Below are positions 15,447 through 24,317 of a DNA stretch of 32,000 nt, one piece after another. The translations under genes were made by a program, and so were the position numbers. Every line of letters begins with the position of its first letter. Within the stretch, counting starts at the first letter, position 1. The DNA lies in contig JAIZWK010000001.1 of NCBI GenBank assembly GCA_021498095.1, forward strand, positions 900,001 to 932,000. Reading direction: 5' to 3'. The notes beneath the pieces are model-generated. The model was given only the letters and a program-made list of their open reading frames with translations, did not search any database and was not told the origin of the DNA. The stretch is from Candidatus Harpocratesius repetitus (lineage in GTDB: Archaea; Asgardarchaeota; Lokiarchaeia; Sigyniarchaeales; Promethearchaeaceae).

Positions 15447-17513
15447 ATGATTCATTTGGCTAAATCTGGAAATCGTTTTGATCTCTATTATCAAGATGTA
15501 AAATTCTTTTCCCATCGAAACGATGAGCCTGCGGTGATTTTGGGTATAGGGGATCATAAAATTAAGGTACAAGATGGAAATTTTAAATTCAAAGAGAAAT
15601 TGCAGCGAAAAATTCCCCTAAATCGCTTTAATATTGAAATGAACACAAAAACTAGGGTTGATATTCAATTCTCTAATACAGAAACCTATGAGAGTGTTGT
15701 GCTTTCATTTAGGGCAGGAAAAGAATTAGAAATTCAGATTAATGCAAAAAGCCAAAATATCAATCGAATATGGGTTCATTTACCCTGTCATGATTCTGAA
15801 TTCATATATGGAAGTGGAATACATGCTTCCAATTTTTGTTTGAATGAGAAAAAGGTTCAACTTTGGGTGCAAAATATTCGATCTCGAAAGAAACAAAAAA
15901 AAGGCTCATTAATGCAGAGCAGTTTTCCACTTCCAATTTTTATTGGAATTGCTGAAAGTGTGAAATATTACTGTTATATTGAAACATATAATTTTGGTGA
16001 ACTCAGATTTCACCAAAAGGGAAAAAAGGGAAATTTTCATGAATTATATTTTTGGGGAATTCCATCTAAGATTTTCATTCGTAAAGGAGAAAATCCTATT
16101 CAAGTTTTGGAATATCTTACTGATAAACTTGGAAAACAGCCCCATCTTCCAGAATGGATTTACGAGGGAATTTGGATCGCTGATTCTGGCAAAAATGGTA
16201 ATGAAAAGATTGAAAGTCGATTAAAAAGAATTATTGAGGCTGGAGTGAAAATAGGTGCAATTTGGCTTTCTGATTGGTCTGGAATTCAAAAAATTAATGA
16301 AGGAGCAGGCATTTTTTGGGATTGGAAATGGAACGGATCCGGACGGCCAATTAAATATTCAGATTTTCCTGAATTTGTCAAAAATTTAAAAAACATTGGG
16401 ATTCATGTTATTGGTTATATTAATGGATTGCTTTCTCGCAAAGGAGATCTTTATCAAGACATCCCTGACAAATCATTTTTAATACATACTCATTACGACA
16501 CCGAATACATGATCTCTGTAGGTGATCAGCAAGCAGTAATGCTTAATTTATTCAATCCAGCATGTTTTAATTGGTTTAAAAAGATTATAAAAAATAACTT
16601 GATTAAAGAAGCTGGCTTAGATGCTTGGTTGGTTGATTATGGAGAACGGCTTCCTATAGATATCGAGACATGGAATGAAAAAAAAGGATTCGAAATGCAT
16701 AATAAATATCCGGTTTTTCTATCTCAAGTAAATTATGAAGCAATCTTTGATGTAACAAAAAATCTTGATACTACATTCATTAGCAGTACTGGATATCTAA
16801 ATTCTATTCGATATACTCCTATTTTTCAAATAGGATTTTTATTTCCTTCATGGGATCGGGATAAAGGAATTGGTGCTGTAGTATCATCTATGCTTTCTGC
16901 TGGAATGAGTGGAATTGGCCAAACTTTTTCAGATATTGGTGGTGTTATTCCAGCTGATGGTGATATCAAACGTTTTAAAGAGTTAATAATGAGATGGGCG
17001 GAATTGGCATGCTTTTCTTTACTAATGGTTTCAAATGATGGTTATTTTGCTTATACTATTAATAATGATAGTAAAGATGAAAGATATGACCCTTCTTCGC
17101 AATTTAATTCTGATGATGAAATTCTCAAACATTTTGCTCGAATGAGTCAAATTCATTCATTTATCAAGCCGTATTTACAGAAATGTGAAGAAGAGTACCA
17201 AAATAAAGGAATACCTATTATTAGAGCACCCATTTTATACTTTTTCGATGATCCTCGAGTTCGTACAATAGATGATCAATACTTATTAGGACCGGATGTT
17301 TGGGTGGCTCCAATAGTTAAAGAAAGAACCACCCAAAAATCTTTATACTTGCCAGATGATGGTTGGATTCATTTATGGTCGGGTATTGAGTTCAAACAGG
17401 GGAGTATTAAAATTAATGTGCCTATTGGATATCCTGCAGTTTTTTATAAAAAGAATAGTGATTGGAAGGATTTATTTGATTCAATTACTACACAGTTTGG
17501 CACCCATGTATAG
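15447..17513 (+). CDS. GH31 family, YihQ/sulfoquinovosidase-like architecture, acid/base Asp absent
   Basis: Collinear with YihQ throughout: NRIWVHL, LGKQPHLPEWIYEG, IWLSDWSG, WDWKWN, AWLVDYGE, SDIGG, KELIMRW, HFARM, QYLLGPDVWVAP, APIG-like PIGYPAVFY. Confidence 0.88.
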   Translation: MIHLAKSGNRFDLYYQDVKFFSHRNDEPAVILGIGDHKIKVQDGNFKFKEKLQRKIPLNRFNIEMNTKTRVDIQFSNTETYESVVLSFRAGKELEIQINAKSQNINRIWVHLPCHDSEFIYGSGIHASNFCLNEKKVQLWVQNIRSRKKQKKGSLMQSSFPLPIFIGIAESVKYYCYIETYNFGELRFHQKGKKGNFHELYFWGIPSKIFIRKGENPIQVLEYLTDKLGKQPHLPEWIYEGIWIADSGKNGNEKIESRLKRIIEAGVKIGAIWLSDWSGIQKINEGAGIFWDWKWNGSGRPIKYSDFPEFVKNLKNIGIHVIGYINGLLSRKGDLYQDIPDKSFLIHTHYDTEYMISVGDQQAVMLNLFNPACFNWFKKIIKNNLIKEAGLDAWLVDYGERLPIDIETWNEKKGFEMHNKYPVFLSQVNYEAIFDVTKNLDTTFISSTGYLNSIRYTPIFQIGFLFPSWDRDKGIGAVVSSMLSAGMSGIGQTFSDIGGVIPADGDIKRFKELIMRWAELACFSLLMVSNDGYFAYTINNDSKDERYDPSSQFNSDDEILKHFARMSQIHSFIKPYLQKCEEEYQNKGIPIIRAPILYFFDDPRVRTIDDQYLLGPDVWVAPIVKERTTQKSLYLPDDGWIHLWSGIEFKQGSIKINVPIGYPAVFYKKNSDWKDLFDSITTQFGTHV

Positions 17514-17627
17514 ATTTTCAAAATTTTTTGCTTTTTCTATTATTTTTTTTTACATGATGTAATTTTGCATTGCAAATTTGCTAAAATTTTTTATCCACTT
17601 TCGACATACTTAAATAAGGGGATATGA

Positions 17628-18911
17628 ATGAAACGTGTTCGGAATTACATTCTTTCTCAAAACAAAGATACAGTAGGACTTAATGAGATTTCAGCTGAAT
17701 TATCTTTAACAAAAAAAGAAGTTTCTGCTGAATTACTTCAATTCCTTGAAGATACTCTTAAAAATAATCCCGATGGATTGACTATTACAGATTTGAAAGA
17801 GAAAACTAAATTGAATCGAAATTGGATTGCTAAGCAGCTAGAAATATTAGAGTTATTAGGGCGTGTTGAATTAAAAACAATTGGACCTGCTAAATTATAT
17901 CGCTGGTCGGAAGAAGGATTGAATAAATGGGAGAAATATTACCGAGCATTGATAGAGAATTCTCATGATGTGATTATTGTAATCCAAAAGCGCCCTCAGC
18001 AATCAATGCAGATCCAGTTTATTAGTGATAGTATTGAGCAAATATCAGGAATAACTGCTGGTGAATTCGATGAAGAGAAAGTAACCAAACATATTCACCC
18101 AGATGATCGCAGTATCATCGAAAGTTTGGACAGAATTTTTGCGAATGAAACAGTACAAGATACTATTAACTTTCGCTTTTTAGATAAATGGGGAAAATAT
18201 CACTATATTGAAGCAGCAATAACAGATCTACGAGATAAGCCAGAAATTGGTGGGCTTGTTTTGAATTGTCAAGATGTCACAGAAACTTTCATTTTACAAC
18301 AGCAAATTCAATATCGAATAGCTTTTGAACAAATATTGCTAAATATTTCGACAACTTTGATCACAACTCCAGAATTCGATCTAGTTCATAGACTTTCTGA
18401 AAACTTTAATGCTATTGGAAAATTCATGCAACCAAGCGATCATTTGGAAAATCTTAATTTTATCGCAGATTATTTGTATCTTTCTATATTTGATTCACAT
18501 GAGCAAAAACTTCGTGCAGTTACATATTGGAACAATTTAGAAGAATTTTCAAATATACCTAAAAGTTTCTTAGTTATTTCAGCTAAAGAACATGATTGGT
18601 TGATAAAGAAAATTCTCCAAAAGGAACCTGTGTTTTATTCACCGATTAAAGAAATGTGGTCGAAATTGGATGGTAATATGAAAAATGAGTTAAAATCAAT
18701 AGATTCAGGTTCATTTTTAGCAATTCCTTTTCAAAGTGCTGATAATGAGATCTTAGGTGCTATTATTATATTTTTCCATACTGCACTTAAAGCTGCAAGT
18801 AAAGATCAGTTATTGGATCTTTTTCAAAATTTAGCTGCAATTTTTGTAAGTCATTTGAAACGAATTGAGCAATCTTCTCAGCATTCTCTTGAAGATTTAT
18901 TTCATTATTGA
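17628..18911 (+). CDS. One-component regulator: HTH/wHTH + PAS + GAF-like domain
   Basis: wHTH TITDLKEKTKLNRNWIAKQLEILELLGRVELKTIGPAKLY. PAS YRALIENSHDVI...HIHPDDR...FRFLDKWGKYHYIE...LNCQDVTE. GAF-like tail (FEQILLNIS...SFLAIPF...ILGAIIIF). No kinase domain. Confidence 0.8.
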   Translation: MKRVRNYILSQNKDTVGLNEISAELSLTKKEVSAELLQFLEDTLKNNPDGLTITDLKEKTKLNRNWIAKQLEILELLGRVELKTIGPAKLYRWSEEGLNKWEKYYRALIENSHDVIIVIQKRPQQSMQIQFISDSIEQISGITAGEFDEEKVTKHIHPDDRSIIESLDRIFANETVQDTINFRFLDKWGKYHYIEAAITDLRDKPEIGGLVLNCQDVTETFILQQQIQYRIAFEQILLNISTTLITTPEFDLVHRLSENFNAIGKFMQPSDHLENLNFIADYLYLSIFDSHEQKLRAVTYWNNLEEFSNIPKSFLVISAKEHDWLIKKILQKEPVFYSPIKEMWSKLDGNMKNELKSIDSGSFLAIPFQSADNEILGAIIIFFHTALKAASKDQLLDLFQNLAAIFVSHLKRIEQSSQHSLEDLFHY

Positions 18912-18980
18912 TCATTTCACTTTCAAAAGGAAATATAAATACAGAAAAATAAGAAGGAAAGAAGTATAAGTTGAATTGTA

Positions 18981-19781
18981 ATGCTAAATTTTATTTCGAT
19001 AGTTTTAATTGGCAGCGAAAATGCAGGAAATATTGGTGCAGTTGCTCGTGTCATGAAAAATTTTGGGCTTTCTAATCTAATTCTTATCAATCCTTTAGCA
19101 GATCCTCAGTCTAACACAGCTTTTGGGTTTGCAATGCATGCTAAAGATGTGTTACAAAATGCGGAAATTTATTCTATACCTTCTATTTCTTCAAATGACA
19201 TGTATCATCAATATTTAGATGAGAAATTGAAATCATTTAATGTAGTTATCGGAACTACGGCAAAAGGTATTACTTATAAGAACATACATCGAATGCCTGT
19301 ATTTTTAACTGAGTTTTCCATTAATCAATTTTCACAACAAGATCGGATTGCATTAGTATTTGGACGGGAATCGACTGGATTAACCAATGAAGAATTACAA
19401 CACATGGATTTCTTATTGCGTATTCCAACTGATGACATCTATCCTACACTAAATTTATCACACGCAGTGGGAATCATATTATCACATTTCTTTTTTCAAC
19501 AATCAAGCAATTTACAGCAGCAAATTCGACAAAACGTTAACTTAGCCAAGCAATCAGATAAGGATTTGCTTTTAGAAAAAATATCTCAAGTAATTAATGC
19601 TACTCCTTTAGCAGATTTCCGACAGAAACGAACACTTACTGCTTTTAAAAATATTTTAGGTAGAGCCATTGTTACCCAAAAGGAATTTGAATACTTGCGC
19701 AATTTTTTTAGAAAAATTCTGCAAGTTTATGAAAACCCCGATATATATGAAGCTATTCATGAAAATGAGACATTTAAATAA
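18981..19781 (+). CDS. trmJ: TrmJ/SpoU-family tRNA 2'-O-methyltransferase
   Basis: ENAGNIGAVARVMKNFG, VIGTTA, ALVFGRESTGLTNEEL, YPTLNLSHAV. Confidence 0.92.
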   Translation: MLNFISIVLIGSENAGNIGAVARVMKNFGLSNLILINPLADPQSNTAFGFAMHAKDVLQNAEIYSIPSISSNDMYHQYLDEKLKSFNVVIGTTAKGITYKNIHRMPVFLTEFSINQFSQQDRIALVFGRESTGLTNEELQHMDFLLRIPTDDIYPTLNLSHAVGIILSHFFFQQSSNLQQQIRQNVNLAKQSDKDLLLEKISQVINATPLADFRQKRTLTAFKNILGRAIVTQKEFEYLRNFFRKILQVYENPDIYEAIHENETFK

Positions 19782-19881
19782 ATTGAATAATTTGAAAGAA
19801 TGAATAAATAACTCAAAGTAAATTGATAAAAGATAAATAAAAAGAATAAAAGCCAAAAAAAGAATTACTCGATATATCATA

Positions 19882-20319
19882 TCATACCAAAGAACCCATG
19901 AAGTCTAATTCAGGAACTAAGGAATATAGACAGTACAATAAAAGTAAACTGATAAAGGAGATCCAAGTTGCATCTCGCCAATCCATTCCCGCAATAAACT
20001 TTAAAATCACCATAAACACAAAAAATACGACAATTGGAACCAATTGAACAACATAGTTCCTTCCTTGTCCTGGAGTAATTAAATTTCTAAGACTTGAAAA
20101 TAAATCTCCTAATAATCCTAAAATAAAACCTGCTCCACTTCCAACTAATGGCACTAAAATTACTAAAATAATAGCTGCAATGAGAAGAATGAACTTTTTA
20201 TCCACTGCATATGACTTTGATATAATCAATCGTGCAGAAAGCCACAACATTAACCATAATAATATGCTCGCGATGAGAATATATACGATGGTAAGAAAGA
20301 TATCGGTTTGAAGAATCAT
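19882..20319 (-). CDS. Hypothetical membrane protein (about 4 TM helices)
   Basis: 145-aa ORF with four long hydrophobic segments. Confidence 0.75.
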   Translation of the reverse strand: MILQTDIFLTIVYILIASILLWLMLWLSARLIISKSYAVDKKFILLIAAIILVILVPLVGSGAGFILGLLGDLFSSLRNLITPGQGRNYVVQLVPIVVFFVFMVILKFIAGMDWRDATWISFISLLLLYCLYSLVPELDFMGSLV

Positions 20320-20463
20320 ACAATCATATTTTATAATTCTAGAACATTTAAAAATGAGATGAAAATTAAATGGAGATAGAAATGAAAGAAAAAAATGTAA
20401 GAAAGAGATTTGGATTAAATTTTAACAATAAATGCTATAATAAATGTTATCAAATTTCGAAAA

Positions 20464-20721
20464 TTACCAAATTCCACGAGCGATTAAGATCATATCCAAT
20501 CCAAATCCAACAAAGATTCCCGCTAAGATCAAAGTTATAGCTGTGAATTTTACCGAATCTCTTTCGGGTCGTTTATACTGTGTAAAGAGAATCAATAAGA
20601 AAAAGGTCAAAATTCCTAGGATTAGCAAAATCCAACCCCAAAATCCATTGTAATCCATATTTTGAAATGTTTCTTTTATACTTTGACCCCATTCTTGAAG
20701 AACATTATTTTGAAATAGCAT
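20464..20721 (-). CDS. Small two-TM membrane protein
   Basis: 85 aa, two hydrophobic helices separated by a charged loop (QYKRPERDSVK). Same strand as its neighbours. Confidence 0.7.
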   Translation of the reverse strand: MLFQNNVLQEWGQSIKETFQNMDYNGFWGWILLILGILTFFLLILFTQYKRPERDSVKFTAITLILAGIFVGFGLDMILIARGIW

Positions 20722-20811
20722 GAAATATCAAATCAAAACAAATTGCCGGGCTTTAAAAAAATTATGAATCGAATTATTGAGCATCAAAGAAAAAAATTTT
20801 ATTTCAATTTA

Positions 20812-21375
20812 TCAATTGTTAATCAGAGCTTCATATAATTTAATAAAAACTTCTTCCACACCTTCAAAAGTTTTTGATGAAACAAATAAATGGGCATAAA
20901 ATTTATCCTTATTTGGAAATGTTTGCAGGCGCGCTTCAAATTGAGTGCGAAATTGCTCAATAATATCATTTGATGAAATTAGATCTTTTTTAGCACCTAC
21001 TAATATTATTGGTATGTCTGGATTTTCATTTAAAATTAATTGATTCCATTTCTCAATACTATCAAATGATTTATACCTGGTGAGATCATACATGATTATC
21101 GCACCCTTTATACCTTTAATATATGAATCATGAAGGAATTGGAATCTTTCTTGTCCACCAAGATCAAAAGTCAATAAAGATTCAGAATTTGATTGAGGAT
21201 AAGCCGAGATTTGAGAATCTTCATTTGGTTTCATTTCCACACATGCAAAGTCCACCCCTACCGTCATTTTAGATGATTCATTAAAATTATGATGGCATTT
21301 TGCTTCGAGTAGAGTCGATTTACCAACACCACCTTCACCTAGAAGTGCAATTTTGATCAAACGAGGAGAACCCAT
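20812..21375 (-). CDS. Rab/Ras-like small GTPase
   Basis: G1 GEGGVGKS, G2 TVGVDF, G3 DLGGQERF, G4 variant AKKD, G5 SSK. No C-terminal prenylation motif. Confidence 0.92.
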   Translation of the reverse strand: MGSPRLIKIALLGEGGVGKSTLLEAKCHHNFNESSKMTVGVDFACVEMKPNEDSQISAYPQSNSESLLTFDLGGQERFQFLHDSYIKGIKGAIIMYDLTRYKSFDSIEKWNQLILNENPDIPIILVGAKKDLISSNDIIEQFRTQFEARLQTFPNKDKFYAHLFVSSKTFEGVEEVFIKLYEALINN

Positions 21376-21511
21376 TATGAAATATTTGTTCAGTATACTT
21401 AAAAAATAAGAGGATTTTCATGATAACTTTATAAAATTGAGCAAATTCGATTCCATCTTTTATAAGCTAATAAATTCATTTATATTGATCTTTATATAAG
21501 TTAAATTAGAA

Positions 21512-21970
21512 ATGAGTTGTGATGCTGGAACTATTATTCTTATTGCTACAGATTTGAAATTCTATGAAATTTTAGATTCTCATCTCAAATTCTTATATAA
21601 TATCATACCTTTGGATAATTTTGATGATATAGATGTTCTAGATCCTTCTTGGAATATAAAGCTCTTCTTTTTGAATACAGATCGCCCATGGATAGGTTTA
21701 AAAGATATTCTGGAGAAAATCAAAGAGTCAGAGTACTATATGAATATTCCTGTTATTGGATTGTCTTTAAAAAAACATTATCATGAGATAGAAGAAAAAG
21801 TGAAGCATATGTTTGAAGATATTTTGCTAATGCCTTGCGGTTCTGAAGATCTGCTAACGAGGGTAGATATTTGGATTAAAACGTATGATGTTATGTGCTC
21901 TGATGAATTTGAAAGTAAAACTTTTCAAATAAATATCCCTTCTGAAAATTCGGAGAATTTTAAAAATTAA
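21512..21970 (+). CDS. Degenerate response-regulator receiver-like protein
   Basis: Receiver-like pattern TIILIATD...KLFFLN...ILEKIKES...NIPVIGLS...FEDILLMPCGSEDLLTRV, with the phospho-Asp replaced by Asn and KP by MP. Confidence 0.65.
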   Translation: MSCDAGTIILIATDLKFYEILDSHLKFLYNIIPLDNFDDIDVLDPSWNIKLFFLNTDRPWIGLKDILEKIKESEYYMNIPVIGLSLKKHYHEIEEKVKHMFEDILLMPCGSEDLLTRVDIWIKTYDVMCSDEFESKTFQINIPSENSENFKN

Positions 21971-22040
21971 ATACCGATAATGGTTATTTTATTTATTTTG
22001 TCGCTCATCACAAACAATTTTTAAGCATTCTTTAATAAAG

Positions 22041-22931
22041 TTATATTTCTTCTTCATTTTGAAAAAAATGCAGTTGAGAGACGAATTCTTTTTCCCATTG
22101 TTCCCAAGCAGATTTAAGAGCTGCTTTAACAGGCGTTAAAATTTTGGAAGTCAACTCTATTTTTTTTGAATTTTGAGTAAGCTCTGGAAAAAATTCTTTA
22201 GATTCATCAAGCAAATGCTCAATTAAAGTGGTAATAATAAATTGATAATAATGATCTACTTCTTCATTTAGTAATAGTTCTTTTTTTGTGAGTGAATATA
22301 TTTTAAAGCCATCTTTAAAATGAGAAATGATTTTTCCTTGAACTTCCAGATGATTAAGTAAGACTTCAACGATGTCCAAAGGAATATCGAGAAATCCTTG
22401 AATCTGATATTTATCTGCATATCTTTCACTTAAATAATCTATTAATTGCATCTGCCAATTTTCGAGTTTAAATAATATTTCATGTGGTGAAATTTTCAAA
22501 TCTAGTGAGTTTTCTAATTCACTATCAATGATAATGCTATTTGAAAGATTTGGGAATTCATTTTGTTGAATGGTGGATTCATTTTTAGCAATTTTTACCA
22601 TATTCAATTTATCACTTAATTCAGTTAGAATAATTTGTTGCGCTTTCAATTGTTCAGTGAATTTACTCATGCTTTCATTGAATTGATCTGCAAAATATCT
22701 AATATCTTCTGAATTTTGAGACTCTGGATGTAAAAATTGTTTCAGTTTATTGCTTTTCATGTTTTGTTTTCTTTCATTTAAGATTTGGGAGCGTAATTCC
22801 AGTAACTGATTAGGAGACATGCCTGAACCGAAAATCCGCTTTAATTCGTTTTGAACTTGTCGGATGGAGAGTTGTGTTTCCAGTAAGGTTTTTGCATATG
22901 GATATTTATTAGGATTTTTTTTTCGAGGCAT
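22041..22931 (-). CDS. Hypothetical protein: N-terminal HTH-like, coiled coil, internal winged helix
   Basis: Likely ATG at 22931 (MPRKKNP; track start 22949). LSIRQVQNELKRIFGSGMSPNQL, then a heptad-like segment, then QLIDYL...KYQIQGFLDIPLDIVEVLLNHLEVQGKI...KIYSL (wHTH-like). Confidence 0.65.
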   Translation of the reverse strand: MPRKKNPNKYPYAKTLLETQLSIRQVQNELKRIFGSGMSPNQLLELRSQILNERKQNMKSNKLKQFLHPESQNSEDIRYFADQFNESMSKFTEQLKAQQIILTELSDKLNMVKIAKNESTIQQNEFPNLSNSIIIDSELENSLDLKISPHEILFKLENWQMQLIDYLSERYADKYQIQGFLDIPLDIVEVLLNHLEVQGKIISHFKDGFKIYSLTKKELLLNEEVDHYYQFIITTLIEHLLDESKEFFPELTQNSKKIELTSKILTPVKAALKSAWEQWEKEFVSQLHFFQNEEEI

Positions 22932-22940
22932 AATACAATA

Positions 22941-23034
22941 AAATAACATTTGTTATTTATCATTTTTGAAAACATGCTTTTTTCAAGGAGCTGATTGAAT
23001 TAAATCGTTTTTTTAAAATAACATTATGTTATTT
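22941..23034. promoter_or_regulatory. Two copies of palindrome AAATAACA-N2/3-TGTTATTT
   Basis: 22941-22958 (spacer TT) and 23016-23034 (spacer TTA), directly upstream of the HTH-containing gene. Confidence 0.5.
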
Positions 23035-23101
23035 ATTTTTTAAAATGAATTAAAAAAAATATCCATGAAAGTAAAGAATGAAAAGATAAATGAAAAAAGA
23101 C

Positions 23102-23902
23102 TTATGCTTTGAACTTTACTTCATTTTTTAAGATTTCTTTATCAATTTCAATTATTCGATTTAAGACGCCTTTTCTTAGGGTGTGAAGTCGAATTAATCT
23201 TGAATTTAACTTTTTATCTTTAGGAATTTCAAGTTCAGTAATTTCATAGCTGTTTTGCATAATTATAGATTTCCAATGTGAAGGTATTTCATCCCGAAAA
23301 TCCCCTGCAATTTCATCTAATAAGTCATTTAGCATTGATTCTGTGTTTGGTAACTTCAGTGAAGCAAATTTTAGCTTGTTGGTTGCTGAAGAGTCTTCTG
23401 GATTTTTTGAACTAGGGCGTGGTGGCTTCTTTTTGATCTTTAAAACAACAGACTTATCTGAACTTGTGAAACTTAGCAAAATATAAACATAAGATGTTCC
23501 TTTTAATGCTAATTCCATCAATTTTTCTCGTTCAATCTTCTTTGCTGTTTTAATTTCTGTTGTGTAATTTTTAGTTTGACCTTTGCTTTTAACAGGATAC
23601 CATTCTTTTGGAAAACCAAGCTTATCTAATAGTGGTGCAAAATCCACTCCACCAATTATATTTCCAGTAACGTTTATTTCATCATCTGTACAAGCTTTTA
23701 ATGCAAATCTTAATAACAAATCTTCATATTCATGCGATGCCCAGAGCGAAATTTTAGTTTTAGTCTTTGATATTTTAATGACCGGACCTTCAAACATTCC
23801 TTTGGAATATCTGGTGAAATGTTTATGCACATCAGGTGCATTTTTCACGGGATCATCCACATTGGGATTATTGACAAGTTTCATAAGAAAGTGATCTGAC
23901 AT
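23102..23902 (-). CDS. Hypothetical protein, conserved-looking archaeal type
   Basis: Long ORF; likely ATG at 23902 after GAGG (track start 23926). HKHFTRYSKGMFEGP N-terminal motif. Function not recognised. Confidence 0.75.
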   Translation of the reverse strand: MSDHFLMKLVNNPNVDDPVKNAPDVHKHFTRYSKGMFEGPVIKISKTKTKISLWASHEYEDLLLRFALKACTDDEINVTGNIIGGVDFAPLLDKLGFPKEWYPVKSKGQTKNYTTEIKTAKKIEREKLMELALKGTSYVYILLSFTSSDKSVVLKIKKKPPRPSSKNPEDSSATNKLKFASLKLPNTESMLNDLLDEIAGDFRDEIPSHWKSIIMQNSYEITELEIPKDKKLNSRLIRLHTLRKGVLNRIIEIDKEILKNEVKFKA

Positions 23903-24317
23903 GATATTTTCCTCTCGATGAATCAAATTATTCCAATTGTTCTAAATAATATGAATTGATTGTATTTAACCTAAATAATTTTGGAATACTTTAGAGAAAA
24001 TTAAAATTTGTGGTTCAAATGGAACAAATGGAATTATTTAAAGTAAATCAAAGCAAAAAAAAAAACACAAAGAATTCCGTTATAAAATCATAAAAAATCA
24101 GAAAAAAAACACAAGAGAAATTAAAAAAAATCAGAAATAAAGTTGAAAATACATCTAAAAGAAATTATACCCAAAATCAAAAGCAAATGTTTTTATATTA
24201 TTCGATTGTTATTAATATTAATTTAACGTTTGAATTATCTTAATTTTCAATAACGTTATAATAAATATGATCTATTCAAAAATTTAAAAATCACATAATA
24301 ATTCAAAGGTTTTCTAT

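Noticed and set aside
23583-23894. 103-aa plus-strand ORF; likewise the small ORFs at 12066, 13362, 13615, 13840, 15979, 17356, 19656, 20444, 29075 and 30305
   Set aside because: All overlap or lie antisense to well-supported genes and show no family motifs.
24050-24185. A-rich low-complexity tract with short repeats (aaaaacacaa, aaaaaatcagaaa)
   Set aside because: No regular period or structure; consistent with ordinary AT-rich intergenic drift.
14135-24222. Identical palindrome ATTAATATTAAT at 14135-14146 and 24211-24222
   Set aside because: Pure A/T 12-mer in very AT-rich spacers with unrelated gene contexts; chance is adequate.
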